Below, piece after piece: positions 1 through 9,157 of a stretch of DNA of 12,053 bases. How positions within the stretch are numbered: the stretch's first letter is position 1; every line of letters begins with the position of its first letter. The notes beneath the pieces are model-generated. The model was not told the DNA's origin, searched no databases, and saw only the letters and a list, made by a program, of their open reading frames with translations. This DNA comes from a virus. The stretch lies in the UHGV virus genome UHGV-1561195. The stretch is one strand, 5' to 3'. Position numbers and translations under genes: made by a program.

Positions 1-16
1 CGATAGGACGGTAGAA

Positions 17-457
17 ATGCAGAAATATATTTTCAGTGCTGATAAAAATGCGTTTTTCCCTGTGGAGCTTAAAATTGCTTATCAGGAAGCGGGGAAATGG
101 CCTGATGATGGAATCGAAATTGACGACACTGCTGCCGCTGAATTTATGAAGGAAGCACCAGAAGGAAAGTACAGAGGTGTCATCGACGGAATGCCAGCAT
201 GGATTGATATTCCACCACCAACACATGAAGAACAGATTGCAGCAGCTGAATTGCAAAAGCAGCAATTGATTAATAAGGCCAACGCATACATAAACAGTAA
301 GCAATGGCCTGGTAAAGCAGCTATTGGTCGTCTGAAAGGTGAGGAACTGGCGCAATATAATTTGTGGCTGGATTATCTGGACGCACTGGAACTGGTCGAT
401 ACTTCCGGTGCTCCAGATATTGAATGGCCTACGCCTCCGGCAGTTCAGGCCAGATGA
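17..457 (+). CDS. Tail fiber assembly protein, alternative copy (Tfa'/U'-like) inside the invertible segment
   Basis: ATG at 17-19. C-terminus LWLDYLDALELVDTSGAPDIEWPTPP matches the conserved tail-fiber-assembly C-terminal motif as I recall it. Lies on the opposite strand to the rest of the operon and converges on the other tfa gene, overlapping it by 29 bp, as in Mu U/U' and e14 tfaP/tfaE. Confidence 0.75.
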   Translation: MQKYIFSADKNAFFPVELKIAYQEAGKWPDDGIEIDDTAAAEFMKEAPEGKYRGVIDGMPAWIDIPPPTHEEQIAAAELQKQQLINKANAYINSKQWPGKAAIGRLKGEELAQYNLWLDYLDALELVDTSGAPDIEWPTPPAVQAR

Positions 458-1022
458 CATCCGGCGCGGTGCTGGTATCTGTTGCCGTCACCGCGTCAAT
501 GTAATCCAGCACGGCGTTTAGTCGGGTGGTTTCTGTTTGCGTCAGCTTCCGTCCGGCCTGCAATTTCAGTTGAATAAGACTAATGGACGCCATTGCAGCA
601 TTAATCAGCGACTGGCGCTGTGTTTCTGCCGCTTCTACTGCAGCACCGTGCTGTGCCTCAGTATCTGTCACCCATTTTTCCCCATCCCATTTATCGTATG
701 GCGTTAACGGTGAAAGCGTGACATAACCGTCTTTGATGGCACCGATATAATCCACTGTAACGGCAGCGCCATTTTCGGTTGAGTAAACAGTCTCATGGCG
801 ATGGTCTTCTTCATGGTGCCATCCCTTCCCCGTAAATACTGCCACTTTCCCCGAAATGTTTTCGCCCGGGTCAATATAAGTGGAACAAGCGGGCATACTT
901 ACACCAGTATTAATATATTCATCAGACCAACCCGTATATTCATACGTTACTGCATCATAATAAAAACAACGCATATCACCCGGTACTGTAGCCAGCCCAT
1001 TTTCATCAAAAACAGGTTTCAT
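429..1022 (-). CDS. Tail fiber assembly protein (Tfa/U-like)
   Basis: 197 aa. N-terminus [11 protein letters not shown]...EYTGWSDEYINTGVSMPACSTYIDP and C-terminus LDYIDAVTATDTSTAPDVIWPELP are typical of the Tfa family. Its ATG overlaps the tail-fiber stop (TAATG), indicating translational coupling. Confidence 0.8.
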   Translation of the reverse strand: MKPVFDENGLATVPGDMRCFYYDAVTYEYTGWSDEYINTGVSMPACSTYIDPGENISGKVAVFTGKGWHHEEDHRHETVYSTENGAAVTVDYIGAIKDGYVTLSPLTPYDKWDGEKWVTDTEAQHGAAVEAAETQRQSLINAAMASISLIQLKLQAGRKLTQTETTRLNAVLDYIDAVTATDTSTAPDVIWPELPEA

Positions 1023-1768
1023 TATTTAGCCCTCACCAGAAAGTTAAATGCGATGTTACGTGGCCTGACGGCAATAAAATTCACACCATCACCCACTGAA
1101 TTACTGGTGTAATGGTATCGAGAGAAACCCGGCTCGTGTGCTGATATTCCATCGTGATTAGCAATCGAATGGCCGGAGCCCTCTGGATAATTACCTCCAA
1201 ATTGCGATAAAGATGTTGCTGCCTGCCAGCTTAATAATGCTCGCCCACTATCCACCCCGCACCCATCATCCCAGATACGAATGAAATCACCCCGTGCGTC
1301 AGGTAATACCAGCGACGGAAACACTTTCGCCAGCACAGGGTAATCAGTGGCAGAAAATTTCGCTCCGTTGAACTTCAAAAACACCATACCGGACCAGCTG
1401 TTGATTACGGTATTTGGCATTGCGGCGGAGGGCCAGAAGAACGGAACTCCAATAGCCGGAGCACCTTCTCCCAAACCAAGGTTTTCGAGAGCCGTTTGCA
1501 CAGTGCCATCCGATTTGATATCGCCAAACGGATTCTTGCGGCTTAACAGCAGCGCACGAAGCGCGGTAAGCAACTGATCGTGCCGCGCCTTCTCCAGACT
1601 GGCACCGGAGGCCTCCACCACGCTGCAAAGTTCTTCCTGCAACATGTCAAAGTAGTCATCATCCAAATCGGTGGCAGGCGTACCGGTCTGGGGGTTACCA
1701 CGGGTAAAACCGTTCTTACCCGCGCCGAACTTATCCTTCTGCGCGGTTTTCGTGTCTATACGATGCAT
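1022..1768 (-). CDS. Tail fiber protein, short, with phage tail collar domain; constant N-terminal part (about aa 1-96) joined to an invertible variable C-terminal part
   Basis: 248 aa. The segment [49 protein letters not shown] matches the tail collar domain pattern (YP.LF...LPDLRG.F.R.WD.G.G.D.GRAL). GGAG-type ribosome-binding site 7-8 nt upstream of the ATG at 1768. A Hin/Gin-type crossover site lies inside the gene at 1466-1491. Confidence 0.8.
   Translation of the reverse strand: MHRIDTKTAQKDKFGAGKNGFTRGNPQTGTPATDLDDDYFDMLQEELCSVVEASGASLEKARHDQLLTALRALLLSRKNPFGDIKSDGTVQTALENLGLGEGAPAIGVPFFWPSAAMPNTVINSWSGMVFLKFNGAKFSATDYPVLAKVFPSLVLPDARGDFIRIWDDGCGVDSGRALLSWQAATSLSQFGGNYPEGSGHSIANHDGISAHEPGFSRYHYTSNSVGDGVNFIAVRPRNIAFNFLVRAK
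1466..1491. other. Candidate DNA invertase crossover site (gix/pix/hix-like, 26 bp): TTCTCCCAAACC-AA-GGTTTTCGAGAG
   Basis: Two 12-bp imperfect inverted half-sites flank a central AA dinucleotide. Compare hixL TTCTTGAAAACC-AA-GGTTTTTGATAA and gixL TTCCTGTAAACC-GA-GGTTTTGGATAA, both recalled from memory. It sits inside the tail-fiber gene at codons 93-101, where the constant/variable junction is expected. Confidence 0.6.
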
Positions 1769-1771
1769 GGA

Positions 1772-2356
1772 TTACTCCGGATATTTAAAAATTACGTAAG
1801 TATGCGACGGGCAGAGTTTGTTAAGCACACATTCGACAACGGTGTCGCCCCAGATACGCAGTGCGGAATCACAGGGATCGCCACATGTCATCCAGGTGGT
1901 GTTGGTGGCGGCTGGCATGTTGACCTGCCAGTAATACCGCCATTCAGGCGCGTTCACCGCGTCAGTACAGGCCGATGAGCAGGTGAACGTGCTTTTGTCG
2001 TATCGCGTGATGGTGGCATCCGGTCTGCCCAGGGCAGCAAGCTGTGCAAGATAAAAATCCTCGTTGATGCCGCCCGCCAGATTAACCTTCGCATCCAGTC
2101 GTTGCTGACGCTGGCGAAGGGTCTGTGTCCCTGCGGGAATACATTCATCCGGCAGGCCGCACAGACGCTCCCAGCGATTTATCAGTTCGGTGGTGGTGCG
2201 CGGATCCAGCTCCCGCATCAGGGCATCCGCACGCTGATGAATGCGGGTTAATGACGGTGCCGCACCGGCAATCGCCGGATCGCTGGCTGACCACGCCGGA
2301 CCGGGGGGCAACAGTGCCGACAACAGACGGATGTAATCATCGTTTGTCACGTCCAT
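1772..2356 (-). CDS. Mu gp48-like / DUF2313 (YmfQ-like) tail or baseplate protein
   Basis: 194 aa. Occupies the position between the J-like baseplate gene and the tail fiber, as Mu gp48 and e14 ymfQ do. Overlaps the upstream J-like gene by 10 nt. Family assignment is from memory. Confidence 0.7.
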   Translation of the reverse strand: MDVTNDDYIRLLSALLPPGPAWSASDPAIAGAAPSLTRIHQRADALMRELDPRTTTELINRWERLCGLPDECIPAGTQTLRQRQQRLDAKVNLAGGINEDFYLAQLAALGRPDATITRYDKSTFTCSSACTDAVNAPEWRYYWQVNMPAATNTTWMTCGDPCDSALRIWGDTVVECVLNKLCPSHTYVIFKYPE

Positions 2357-3405
2357 GAAATCGTCCCCAGTACCGCCAGTTCATTTTTTGCAATGGAGAT
2401 ATTGTCTGCCGGTGCAAGCAACTGATGGCTGTATTCCCCGTTCGCACCGGAAATCGCCTCACTGATACGCGACACCTTCAGTTCTCCCTGCGGATAACCA
2501 TCACGCAGCAGGAACGAACGCAACTCGGCGGTGATGGCAGCCCGTATTTCCGGTGTGTCCGGCGTCACGCGGATATGAAAATCCACTTTATGCGCCACCG
2601 GCCTGAATACATACAAATCAGAGCCTGCCACCGGGGCCAGTGGCTCAATGTGTTGTCTTGCCGCCGTTTCCGTTGATTCTTCCGGAATGGGATTAATCAG
2701 GTCACTGCCGGCAATCATCACACCGACAGTCCCCGTTCCCATCCAGTGGCGGTATGTCCATGCACGGGTAATGCCGGGCACTTCTTTAGCCCAGACAACA
2801 TAGTCCCCGTCAGCCCCGCCCTGAGGCGTCCAGTAATACCGCTCAATGACGCGGGCGCGCCACGTTTCCAGATCTTCAGTATCGAATCCGCCAGTCAGGG
2901 TATCTGCAACACCGGAAGACGGCAGACCATTCACCGGCGTGACCAGGATTAATGCCGTACCGTCGTCAGCGTTACCGACCGCGCCTGCACTTGAGCAAGT
3001 GATCGGCACGCGCAGGACACCACCGGAGCTGGTTGCATCAGCAGTTGCCGTGTACTGAACCAGGTCATCGCGCTGAATCACGCTCCCGGCAGTCACCTTC
3101 AGGCCATCGCTGACACCTCCCCAGCGCATATACCCGCTGGCAGCCGTGGCCCCCTTGCGCGGACACCGTTTCATCGCAGCATGTCGCGCCAGCCAGGACT
3201 CATCGCACAGGTCAGGCAGCATGTTCATTGCCAGATAATCGATGTAACCGTAAACCGTATGCAGCGCCGCCGCATACACCTTTGCCCGCACGTCTTCATC
3301 CATGCGCCGGAGCGTGTCGCTGACGTCCAGCCTGGCGAATAAATCGTTACGGAGCATACTGATATTTTCTGCCAGCGTCGGGCGCTGAAATTCACTGTCC
3401 GCCAT
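2347..3405 (-). CDS. Baseplate J-like protein (Mu gp47 / P2 gpJ family)
   Basis: 352 aa. Its size and its position after the gp46-like gene match Mu gp47, and the sequence resembles the Baseplate_J family as recalled. ATG at 3405. Confidence 0.8.
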   Translation of the reverse strand: MADSEFQRPTLAENISMLRNDLFARLDVSDTLRRMDEDVRAKVYAAALHTVYGYIDYLAMNMLPDLCDESWLARHAAMKRCPRKGATAASGYMRWGGVSDGLKVTAGSVIQRDDLVQYTATADATSSGGVLRVPITCSSAGAVGNADDGTALILVTPVNGLPSSGVADTLTGGFDTEDLETWRARVIERYYWTPQGGADGDYVVWAKEVPGITRAWTYRHWMGTGTVGVMIAGSDLINPIPEESTETAARQHIEPLAPVAGSDLYVFRPVAHKVDFHIRVTPDTPEIRAAITAELRSFLLRDGYPQGELKVSRISEAISGANGEYSHQLLAPADNISIAKNELAVLGTISWT

Positions 3406-3820
3406 GCGTTATCGCACTCCACAGATCATCAAAAGAAATCATTACCGGTCCGTCACGACGCCAGAGAGTGATACTGTTACCCAGTTCATTAATCCCGGTG
3501 CGGCGGATATCCAGATCAATACGGGACACCACGCCATCATCAATCATCCATTGCAGGCATTCGCGGATATACCCCCTTACCGTCTGCACCAGCTGATTGG
3601 TCAGTTTGCTGCGCTGAAGCAGCCACAGTCGGGAGCCGTAACGGTCATTCTGTACCGCAGGCCAGGTATCCCCCCACCATCCCATCGGGACGTCGGCGTT
3701 GTCATCAGGCTCCGCCCGCCGCCAGGTAAACAGGGAAATCACCACGGCGCGGGTCAGCGGATCCAGCGGTGCGCTGGCGCAGGTGCGTTTACCGTTCACC
3801 GTCAGCCACAGTTCCATCAT
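3392..3820 (-). CDS. Mu gp46-like baseplate protein (gp25/W-like)
   Basis: 142 aa. Position and size match Mu gp46. ATG overlaps the upstream stop (ATGA). Confidence 0.7.
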   Translation of the reverse strand: MMELWLTVNGKRTCASAPLDPLTRAVVISLFTWRRAEPDDNADVPMGWWGDTWPAVQNDRYGSRLWLLQRSKLTNQLVQTVRGYIRECLQWMIDDGVVSRIDLDIRRTGINELGNSITLWRRDGPVMISFDDLWSAITHGGQ

Positions 3821-4365
3821 GCCTCCATCGCTTTATCCGGTTTGTCGGTGTTACTGCCCTGACCGTTCTCTCTGTGACGATGCCCGTTATAGGCAAGCCG
3901 CATCGCTGACATGGTGGTGCCGCCGGAGTCGCACAGGTCTTTCACCTGTCCTGTCACTTCCAGGTCCATTTCAAAACGTGCTTCAGGTGCATTGCGAAAC
4001 GTGATCGTTTTACCTGCACCGTCCACCACGATCCCCTCCCGGGTCAGCGTCACGGACTGCCCCTGATCGTCATAGACAGCCACCTCACCCGTCTGCAGCC
4101 CTTTCAGCCGGTAGCGACGGTCCGACACCGTAACAACCACCGCATGAGAACGGTCGCCATCCGGAAACAACACCACCGCTTCCGCACCGCTGTTTGCCCT
4201 TGCGGTAAAACCGTAGGGTTCAAGATGTTCAACCCCGGCTTTGGGTTCACCGGCAATCAGGGACACATCCACGGTCTGACATTTCGTGGCGGCACTGATG
4301 CTTTTTACCACGGCCCGCCCAATCAGGCCGAGGAGTTGTCGCTGCATGGCTTCAATCGTCCTCAT
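3817..4365 (-). CDS. Baseplate assembly/spike protein (Mu gp45 / gpV-like)
   Basis: 182 aa. Position and size match Mu gp45. ATG at 4365 overlaps the hub-gene stop by 1 nt. Confidence 0.75.
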   Translation of the reverse strand: MRTIEAMQRQLLGLIGRAVVKSISAATKCQTVDVSLIAGEPKAGVEHLEPYGFTARANSGAEAVVLFPDGDRSHAVVVTVSDRRYRLKGLQTGEVAVYDDQGQSVTLTREGIVVDGAGKTITFRNAPEARFEMDLEVTGQVKDLCDSGGTTMSAMRLAYNGHRHRENGQGSNTDKPDKAMEA

Positions 4366-5444
4366 CAGAACGGGTCCTCCTGTACTCTGGCTTTTTTCTT
4401 TTTCCGCGCGCCGGGGGCTTCGGGTTCAGGCAGATAAGCATCAGGCGGGCCGACACGGATTTCCGTCAGGGTGCCGTTCTGGTCCTGAGTAAACGTGACT
4501 TCCGAGACAAGCAGTTCGGTATTGTCGAAACCACAGACCGGATCGAAGACAATCACCCGCTGGTTGGGCTGCCACAGCGTACCGTTACCCTGTCGCCAGC
4601 CCTGCACCACATAGGTGGTTTCATCCGTCCGCGCCGCCCGTTGTCGGGCTTCAAAGTCAGCACGGGCAATACAGCCTGCCCCCGTAGCCTGCCCTGTCTG
4701 CCTGATATACATCGGACGGTAACGGGCAATAAATGCGTCCTCTGTGCGGGCCCGCAGCGCGGTGGTGGTGGCCTCACCGAAATCATCGTCGTTTCCGGCA
4801 CGCTGCCCCGCCACCTGGTAAACTGAAAACCGCTCCCGGATACTCTTCTCCGTATCACAGGAAAGGATGTTTTCCCCAAGTACCAGCGCGGTATGTGCCC
4901 GCGTTGAGCCAATACAACCAATCACCAGCCTGCCGTGCGGGTCGTCATAAGCCAGCGCCTGCTGCTGACCGAGTATTTTGTTGATCACCTCGATCACCGT
5001 TTCACCGTGATCAGGCTGGACATCCGGAATAACACCCGACGGCGCACCGCTGTTCACCACCTCAATGCCGAAAGGCGCAGCAAGCGCCTGCGCAATCTGT
5101 ACCAGCGATCGTCCGTTAAATTGTGTCGGTTCGGCTGCACAATCAATCAGGTCAGCGGTCAGACTGCGTCCGGCAATACCGGTGCTGACCGAACGGGCAT
5201 CGTAACGAACGGGCGTCGCCTCCACCCAGCCGGTGATCACCAGCTCATCACCAATCAGCACTTCCACTTTTGAACCGTTTTTAATGCGCGGCTGAAGCGT
5301 GGTGATACCCTCATCTCCCGGCCACTGGCGGGTGATCTCCACACTGAAATCCCGCGCCAGCCGTTCAATACCGGCACCGATGCGCACCGATGTCCAGCCA
5401 TTCCACTCCCGGCCATTTACCCGTAGCGTGACGTTATCGTTCAT
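4365..5444 (-). CDS. Baseplate hub / late control D-like protein (Mu gp44, P2 gpD family)
   Basis: 359 aa. Follows the DNA circulation protein as in Mu. Basic C-terminal tail ARKKKKARVQEDPF. Translationally coupled to both neighbours. Confidence 0.75.
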   Translation of the reverse strand: MNDNVTLRVNGREWNGWTSVRIGAGIERLARDFSVEITRQWPGDEGITTLQPRIKNGSKVEVLIGDELVITGWVEATPVRYDARSVSTGIAGRSLTADLIDCAAEPTQFNGRSLVQIAQALAAPFGIEVVNSGAPSGVIPDVQPDHGETVIEVINKILGQQQALAYDDPHGRLVIGCIGSTRAHTALVLGENILSCDTEKSIRERFSVYQVAGQRAGNDDDFGEATTTALRARTEDAFIARYRPMYIRQTGQATGAGCIARADFEARQRAARTDETTYVVQGWRQGNGTLWQPNQRVIVFDPVCGFDNTELLVSEVTFTQDQNGTLTEIRVGPPDAYLPEPEAPGARKKKKARVQEDPF

Positions 5445-6817
5445 TGCACTGGCACCTTCAGAGGGATCACCGGCACAAAACCGGGATGCGTAATGGCATT
5501 ACGCCGGATAATGTCCGCGTCACGCGCCGCGTTATCAAACCAGGTCGCCGCCAGCACCAGCGCGGGTAAAACCTCATCCGGTGTGCGCTGAATGATCCGT
5601 GCAGACTGTTCAAGGCGCGTGTTGATATCCGCATTCAGATCTGCTTTCACCCGGCGCAGCGCCAGAAACAGCGCATCACTGGTTGTACGGGACAACTCCT
5701 TATCAATTGCCGTATTCAGTGTGTCGCGAATGTCGGTCAGTTCTTCCCACGTTGGCAGGTCAACCGTGTTTTTCACCGCCGGTGCATTGTTCAGTGCCGG
5801 ATGCGTGACAGAAGGCCAGCCGGTGCTCTGCGCGGGTGTTGTTGACTGCCCCACTGTGGCATTCTGCATCACCGCGGAAGTTGTTGGCGCAGGCAATCGT
5901 GTGACGGCATACGCCGCTTCGCTGATTGCGGTCGTACGAAGGGTGCTGGCAACCACGTTACGCTGCTGCGTCGCCGTGGCGGTGGTTTTACTGTCCGTTT
6001 TCCAGACGCCGCGCGGTTGCAGATCGCTGCCGAGGCTGACACCGGAAAGCGTTTTGATCATGGTGACCAGGTCGCTGGCGTTACCATAAAGGCGTTTCCC
6101 GGTACGCCACATTTTCTGCACCTGCTCAACGAAATTTTTGCCTGACGATGGCGGCGGCAGAAGTACCGAGATATCCCCCTGCAACAGCCTGGCAGCATCC
6201 GATACGGCAGAATCCACCACTTTCATCGTATCAGAAACATACCCCAGCATTATGCTGGCATTACCAATAACGTCGTTCTGCACAAAATCTGCCACGCCAT
6301 CGATACTGAAACCACTGAAGCTGTCACTGATGCAGTCATCCAGTGCAGAACAGGATGACATCAGCGTCTGCGCCGTCGCCGCACCTGAAGTGGGGTAAGA
6401 GAGTTCTCCCGCTTCGACAAACTTCAGGTCAAAGCGGACAATACGCCCTTCACTCTTCGATGTGCTGACCCGAACTTCCCCGTCAACACAGACTTTCAGC
6501 TCACCGTAAGTCGGATGGACAAGCGTGCCGGGACCGGGTTTATTCAGCGCTTCAATCAGGCGATCGCGCTGGTCAAAGCAGTCATCTCCCACCACATAAG
6601 CTGTGATGGACGGGCGGAAAGTGATTTTCCCCAGGTCTTCGGTATAGGGTTTGTCGCGGTTCGGGTATTCGTGTGTTTCCACACGGCGACCGGTTCCCGC
6701 ACTTTCTTCTTCAACCTTAAACGATACGCCGCGAAATGACGCGTCCTGAAGTCTGTCACGCCAGCCTGAAGACGACGAAAGTAATGAAGGTCGGGTGGGA
6801 AATGAGGATAAATCCAT
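5441..6817 (-). CDS. DNA circulation protein (Mu gp43/N-like)
   Basis: 458 aa. N-terminal region WRDRLQDASFRGVSFKVEEESAGTGRRVETHEYPNRDKPYTEDLG resembles the DNA_circ_N domain as recalled. GAGGT ribosome-binding site 8 nt upstream of the ATG at 6817. Confidence 0.8.
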   Translation of the reverse strand: MDLSSFPTRPSLLSSSSGWRDRLQDASFRGVSFKVEEESAGTGRRVETHEYPNRDKPYTEDLGKITFRPSITAYVVGDDCFDQRDRLIEALNKPGPGTLVHPTYGELKVCVDGEVRVSTSKSEGRIVRFDLKFVEAGELSYPTSGAATAQTLMSSCSALDDCISDSFSGFSIDGVADFVQNDVIGNASIMLGYVSDTMKVVDSAVSDAARLLQGDISVLLPPPSSGKNFVEQVQKMWRTGKRLYGNASDLVTMIKTLSGVSLGSDLQPRGVWKTDSKTTATATQQRNVVASTLRTTAISEAAYAVTRLPAPTTSAVMQNATVGQSTTPAQSTGWPSVTHPALNNAPAVKNTVDLPTWEELTDIRDTLNTAIDKELSRTTSDALFLALRRVKADLNADINTRLEQSARIIQRTPDEVLPALVLAATWFDNAARDADIIRRNAITHPGFVPVIPLKVPVQ

Positions 6818-6841
6818 AGACTGACCTCAAAAAGGACTGCG

Positions 6842-8749
6842 TTATCGTGGAAAACGAAAAGGGGAATACCCCACATCGTGCGTGATTTTCATCAGGGGAT
6901 CGGCTTTGTCCGGTACATCAATTATCTTCATACCTGGCGGAGCATTCTCGAACGTGACTTTCAGCTCGCTGTGCTGTGTCATGGAAGAAGATGGATTCAA
7001 CAGCGGAACATTGGGTTTGTACTGACTCAGGCTGGCCTGATATTGCTCGTACTCTTTACGATCAAAAAAAGGCGTCCAGTCTGAAGCCAGAAACAGCCCT
7101 TTATTATCCAGCCAGTTAACCGTATCTTCAGGAACAACACTTTCCAGAGTATCTTTAACCGGCTCATACATCAGGGTTCCCAGAAAACCATATACCCCGG
7201 CCTTCCCGATAAAGCCGCGGCCTTTCCCCATCAATCCCGTTTCTGCCGATACCTTCCCCAGCGTACGCATCTCTCTGGTCACTGCGGTAATGGATTTGGT
7301 AACGTCAGCAACCCATTTGGTTGCCATAAACAGGGCAATCGCTTTCAGAACAGTTTCCCATCCCCCCATCGCCTGCGCCGTTTCATCCATCACGTGCCAG
7401 ACTTTTTTTATGACAGGACCTACGGTTTCCCAGTTATCAATAATGAGGTAAGCGCCACCAACCAGAAGAGCAATCAGCCCCTTAGCAGGCGTCATATTCA
7501 TCACACCGCCGAGAACTTTCATAATTCTGGACAAAGAGCCTGCAGCGGCTCCCACCGTCAGTAAGGCCAGACCGATTTTAGCAATGGTCTTAACGAGCTC
7601 CGGGTTTTCACGGACAAACGTTCTCACTTCCTCAAGGAGCGGTTTTACCGCTTCAAGACCATCATTAACCTCAGGAAGAAACGTTTCCCCCAGCGTGGAA
7701 GAAATGGCATCAAGTTGATTTTGCAGAAGTAAAAGCTGGTTTTCCGTCGTCGCTGCCCTCGAAGCATATTCCTTCTGCATCGAACTGCCATACTGCTGGG
7801 AATCCGCAACCCGCCTGAAGTTGGTACGCAACAAATCAAGGTTAGTCAGCAGAGGTGCTATCGCGCCCAGAGACTCTTTCCCGAACAGGGCATTCAGCAC
7901 AGCTGCCTGTTTTTCTTTAGGCACTTTAGCCATCGCATCCAGTACAGACAGCATGGTGCCCCGGGCATCTTTCTGCATATCAGCAGCTAATTTCTTCGGA
8001 TTGATCCGCAGAAAACGCAATGCCTGTTTCTGCGATTTTGTCGCAGAATTTCCCGCGGTCAGGGAAAGCATGAAGTTCTTGATCCCTGTGGCGGCAATTT
8101 CTGACTCCACGCCCATCCCGGCAATGGTTGCCCCCATTGCCGCGATTTCGCCGGAAGCCACACCTGCAACACCACCTAAAGGACCAATACGCGTAACAAT
8201 ATCGGAGATTTTCTTCGCGTTCGCCGGGCCGGTATTACCAAGGTAGTTGATTTTGTCAGCCAGCCCGGCCACTTCATCCTGCGTCATATTAAACGCAGTA
8301 CGCCACTGGGCCATCATCTGCCCGGACTCTTCAGCCGTGGTATCAAAGGCCACGCCCATCTTCACCGCATCAGTGGCAAACTGCATCAGTTCATCACGTG
8401 CAATCCCGGCCTGACCACCCGCCGCCACGATTTCAGCGATACCTTCCGCCGACATAGGCAGTTCGGTTGACAGGTCACGCACCTGCTCCGTCATGGCCTT
8501 AAACGCATCCGGCGTATCCAGACCGTCCACCACTTTGCGGACATCAGCCATCTTCGATTCAAGGGTGATGGCTGATTTTACAGGGAGTACCAGTGCCCCC
8601 ATTATTGCAGTACCCGCCCCGGCAGCGCCCAGAGCAAGGCTGGAGACTTCTTTCTGAAATCCCTTAAGCTGACGCTGCATACCTTTAAGCGGGCCGGATA
8701 GCCTGTCAACGGCGGTGATGATGGCTTTCAGCTGAAAATTATCAGCCAT
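6842..8749 (-). CDS. Tail tape measure protein
   Basis: 635 aa, Ala/Gly-rich and predicted largely helical, with a hydrophobic segment (IAKIGLALLTVGAAAG). Sits after the chaperone gene. GAGGAG ribosome-binding site upstream of the ATG at 8749. Confidence 0.85.
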   Translation of the reverse strand: MADNFQLKAIITAVDRLSGPLKGMQRQLKGFQKEVSSLALGAAGAGTAIMGALVLPVKSAITLESKMADVRKVVDGLDTPDAFKAMTEQVRDLSTELPMSAEGIAEIVAAGGQAGIARDELMQFATDAVKMGVAFDTTAEESGQMMAQWRTAFNMTQDEVAGLADKINYLGNTGPANAKKISDIVTRIGPLGGVAGVASGEIAAMGATIAGMGVESEIAATGIKNFMLSLTAGNSATKSQKQALRFLRINPKKLAADMQKDARGTMLSVLDAMAKVPKEKQAAVLNALFGKESLGAIAPLLTNLDLLRTNFRRVADSQQYGSSMQKEYASRAATTENQLLLLQNQLDAISSTLGETFLPEVNDGLEAVKPLLEEVRTFVRENPELVKTIAKIGLALLTVGAAAGSLSRIMKVLGGVMNMTPAKGLIALLVGGAYLIIDNWETVGPVIKKVWHVMDETAQAMGGWETVLKAIALFMATKWVADVTKSITAVTREMRTLGKVSAETGLMGKGRGFIGKAGVYGFLGTLMYEPVKDTLESVVPEDTVNWLDNKGLFLASDWTPFFDRKEYEQYQASLSQYKPNVPLLNPSSSMTQHSELKVTFENAPPGMKIIDVPDKADPLMKITHDVGYSPFRFPR

Positions 8750-9157
8750 GCTTCATCTCCTCATTTATACGGACGGCCTCTGCCTCCAGATCAGCAAAGT
8801 GGGAAATAGCCGTCCGGCGAAGTTCAAGGGGGTTTAATTTCCAGAACCACGCGACATTGTAGAATCGCTTCCGGAGGTCTCTTCCGTCTCCAAGCCGGTA
8901 AAAAAACGCATTACAATCATGCCTGCCTTGAAAATATCCAGCTTCGTCATCTGCGCTGCAGACGAGCGCGGGATCCCGGCCAGAAGCGGGATATATTTCA
9001 GCGCCACCTGACTGTCCATTTTCATACCACCATCAGGCGAAACAGAGAAAGGGAACCCCAGCGCCTCAATCTCGTCATACGTAGGCTCACGTATTTCCAG
9101 CACATGCAGTGTTTCTTTGTGGGCGATGATCGGTTTTTTAAGTACAAGCTCAATCAC
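8742..9157 (-). CDS. Predicted -1 frameshift-extended tail chaperone (G-T / E+E'-like fusion product)
   Basis: After a -1 slip at T-TTT-TTT (8900-8906), the new frame stays open for 52 codons (YRLGDGRDLRKRFYNVAWFWKLNPLELRRTAISHFADLEAEAVRINEEMKHG) and stops at TGA 8742-8744, overlapping the tape-measure ATG at 8749. Translated by hand from the sequence. Confidence 0.45.
8834..9157 (-). CDS. Tail assembly chaperone (Mu gp41 / P2 gpE / lambda gpG-like), in-frame product
   Basis: 107 aa, acidic, located between tube and tape measure. GTG start at 9157 overlaps the tube stop (GTGA), with an AAGGGG ribosome-binding site upstream. Contains the slippery heptamer. Confidence 0.7.
   Translation of the reverse strand: MIELVLKKPIIAHKETLHVLEIREPTYDEIEALGFPFSVSPDGGMKMDSQVALKYIPLLAGIPRSSAAQMTKLDIFKAGMIVMRFFTGLETEETSGSDSTMSRGSGN
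8900..8906 (-). other. Slippery heptanucleotide T-TTT-TTT (X-XXY-YYZ), candidate programmed -1 ribosomal frameshift site
   Basis: Seven consecutive A on the plus strand at 8900-8906. In the chaperone reading frame this reads cgT TTT TTT acc. Confidence 0.5.

Larger units (their letters stand above)
1..1479. other. Right-hand portion of an invertible tail-fiber segment (G/P-region-like); the second crossover site and the invertase gene are presumed to lie left of the window
   Basis: Crossover site at 1466-1491, two convergent tfa genes on opposite strands, and visibly lower GC content across about 1-1000 than in the rest of the operon. Confidence 0.5.

Noticed and set aside
339-521. 60-aa plus-strand ORF and 69-aa minus-strand ORF (82-291) within the tfa region
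   Set aside because: They are alternative frames or antisense of the plus-strand tfa gene, and no independent support was found.
1580-1978. 132-aa plus-strand ORF across the tail-fiber/DUF2313 junction, plus other plus-strand ORFs (1347-1577, 2125-2358, 2425-3058, 3404-4004, 4144-4492, 4641-5493, 5592-6398, 6515-6739, 6878-7084, 7821-8246, 9178-9390, 9783-10599, 11091-11697)
   Set aside because: All are antisense to well-supported minus-strand genes, have no ribosome-binding site or recognisable domain, and are best explained as spurious open frames.
4381-4410. A-rich homopolymer runs (AAAAAGAAAAAAG on the coding strand) at the 3' end of the hub gene, considered as a slippage or phase-variation site
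   Set aside because: The runs simply encode the basic KKKK C-terminal tail, the ORF is intact, and there is no alternative frame of interest downstream. No evidence of a switch.
6000-6300. Thr/Ser/Ala-rich low-complexity stretch in the middle of the DNA circulation protein
   Set aside because: It looks like an ordinary flexible inter-domain linker in this protein family, with no repeat periodicity at the DNA level suggesting a distinct element.
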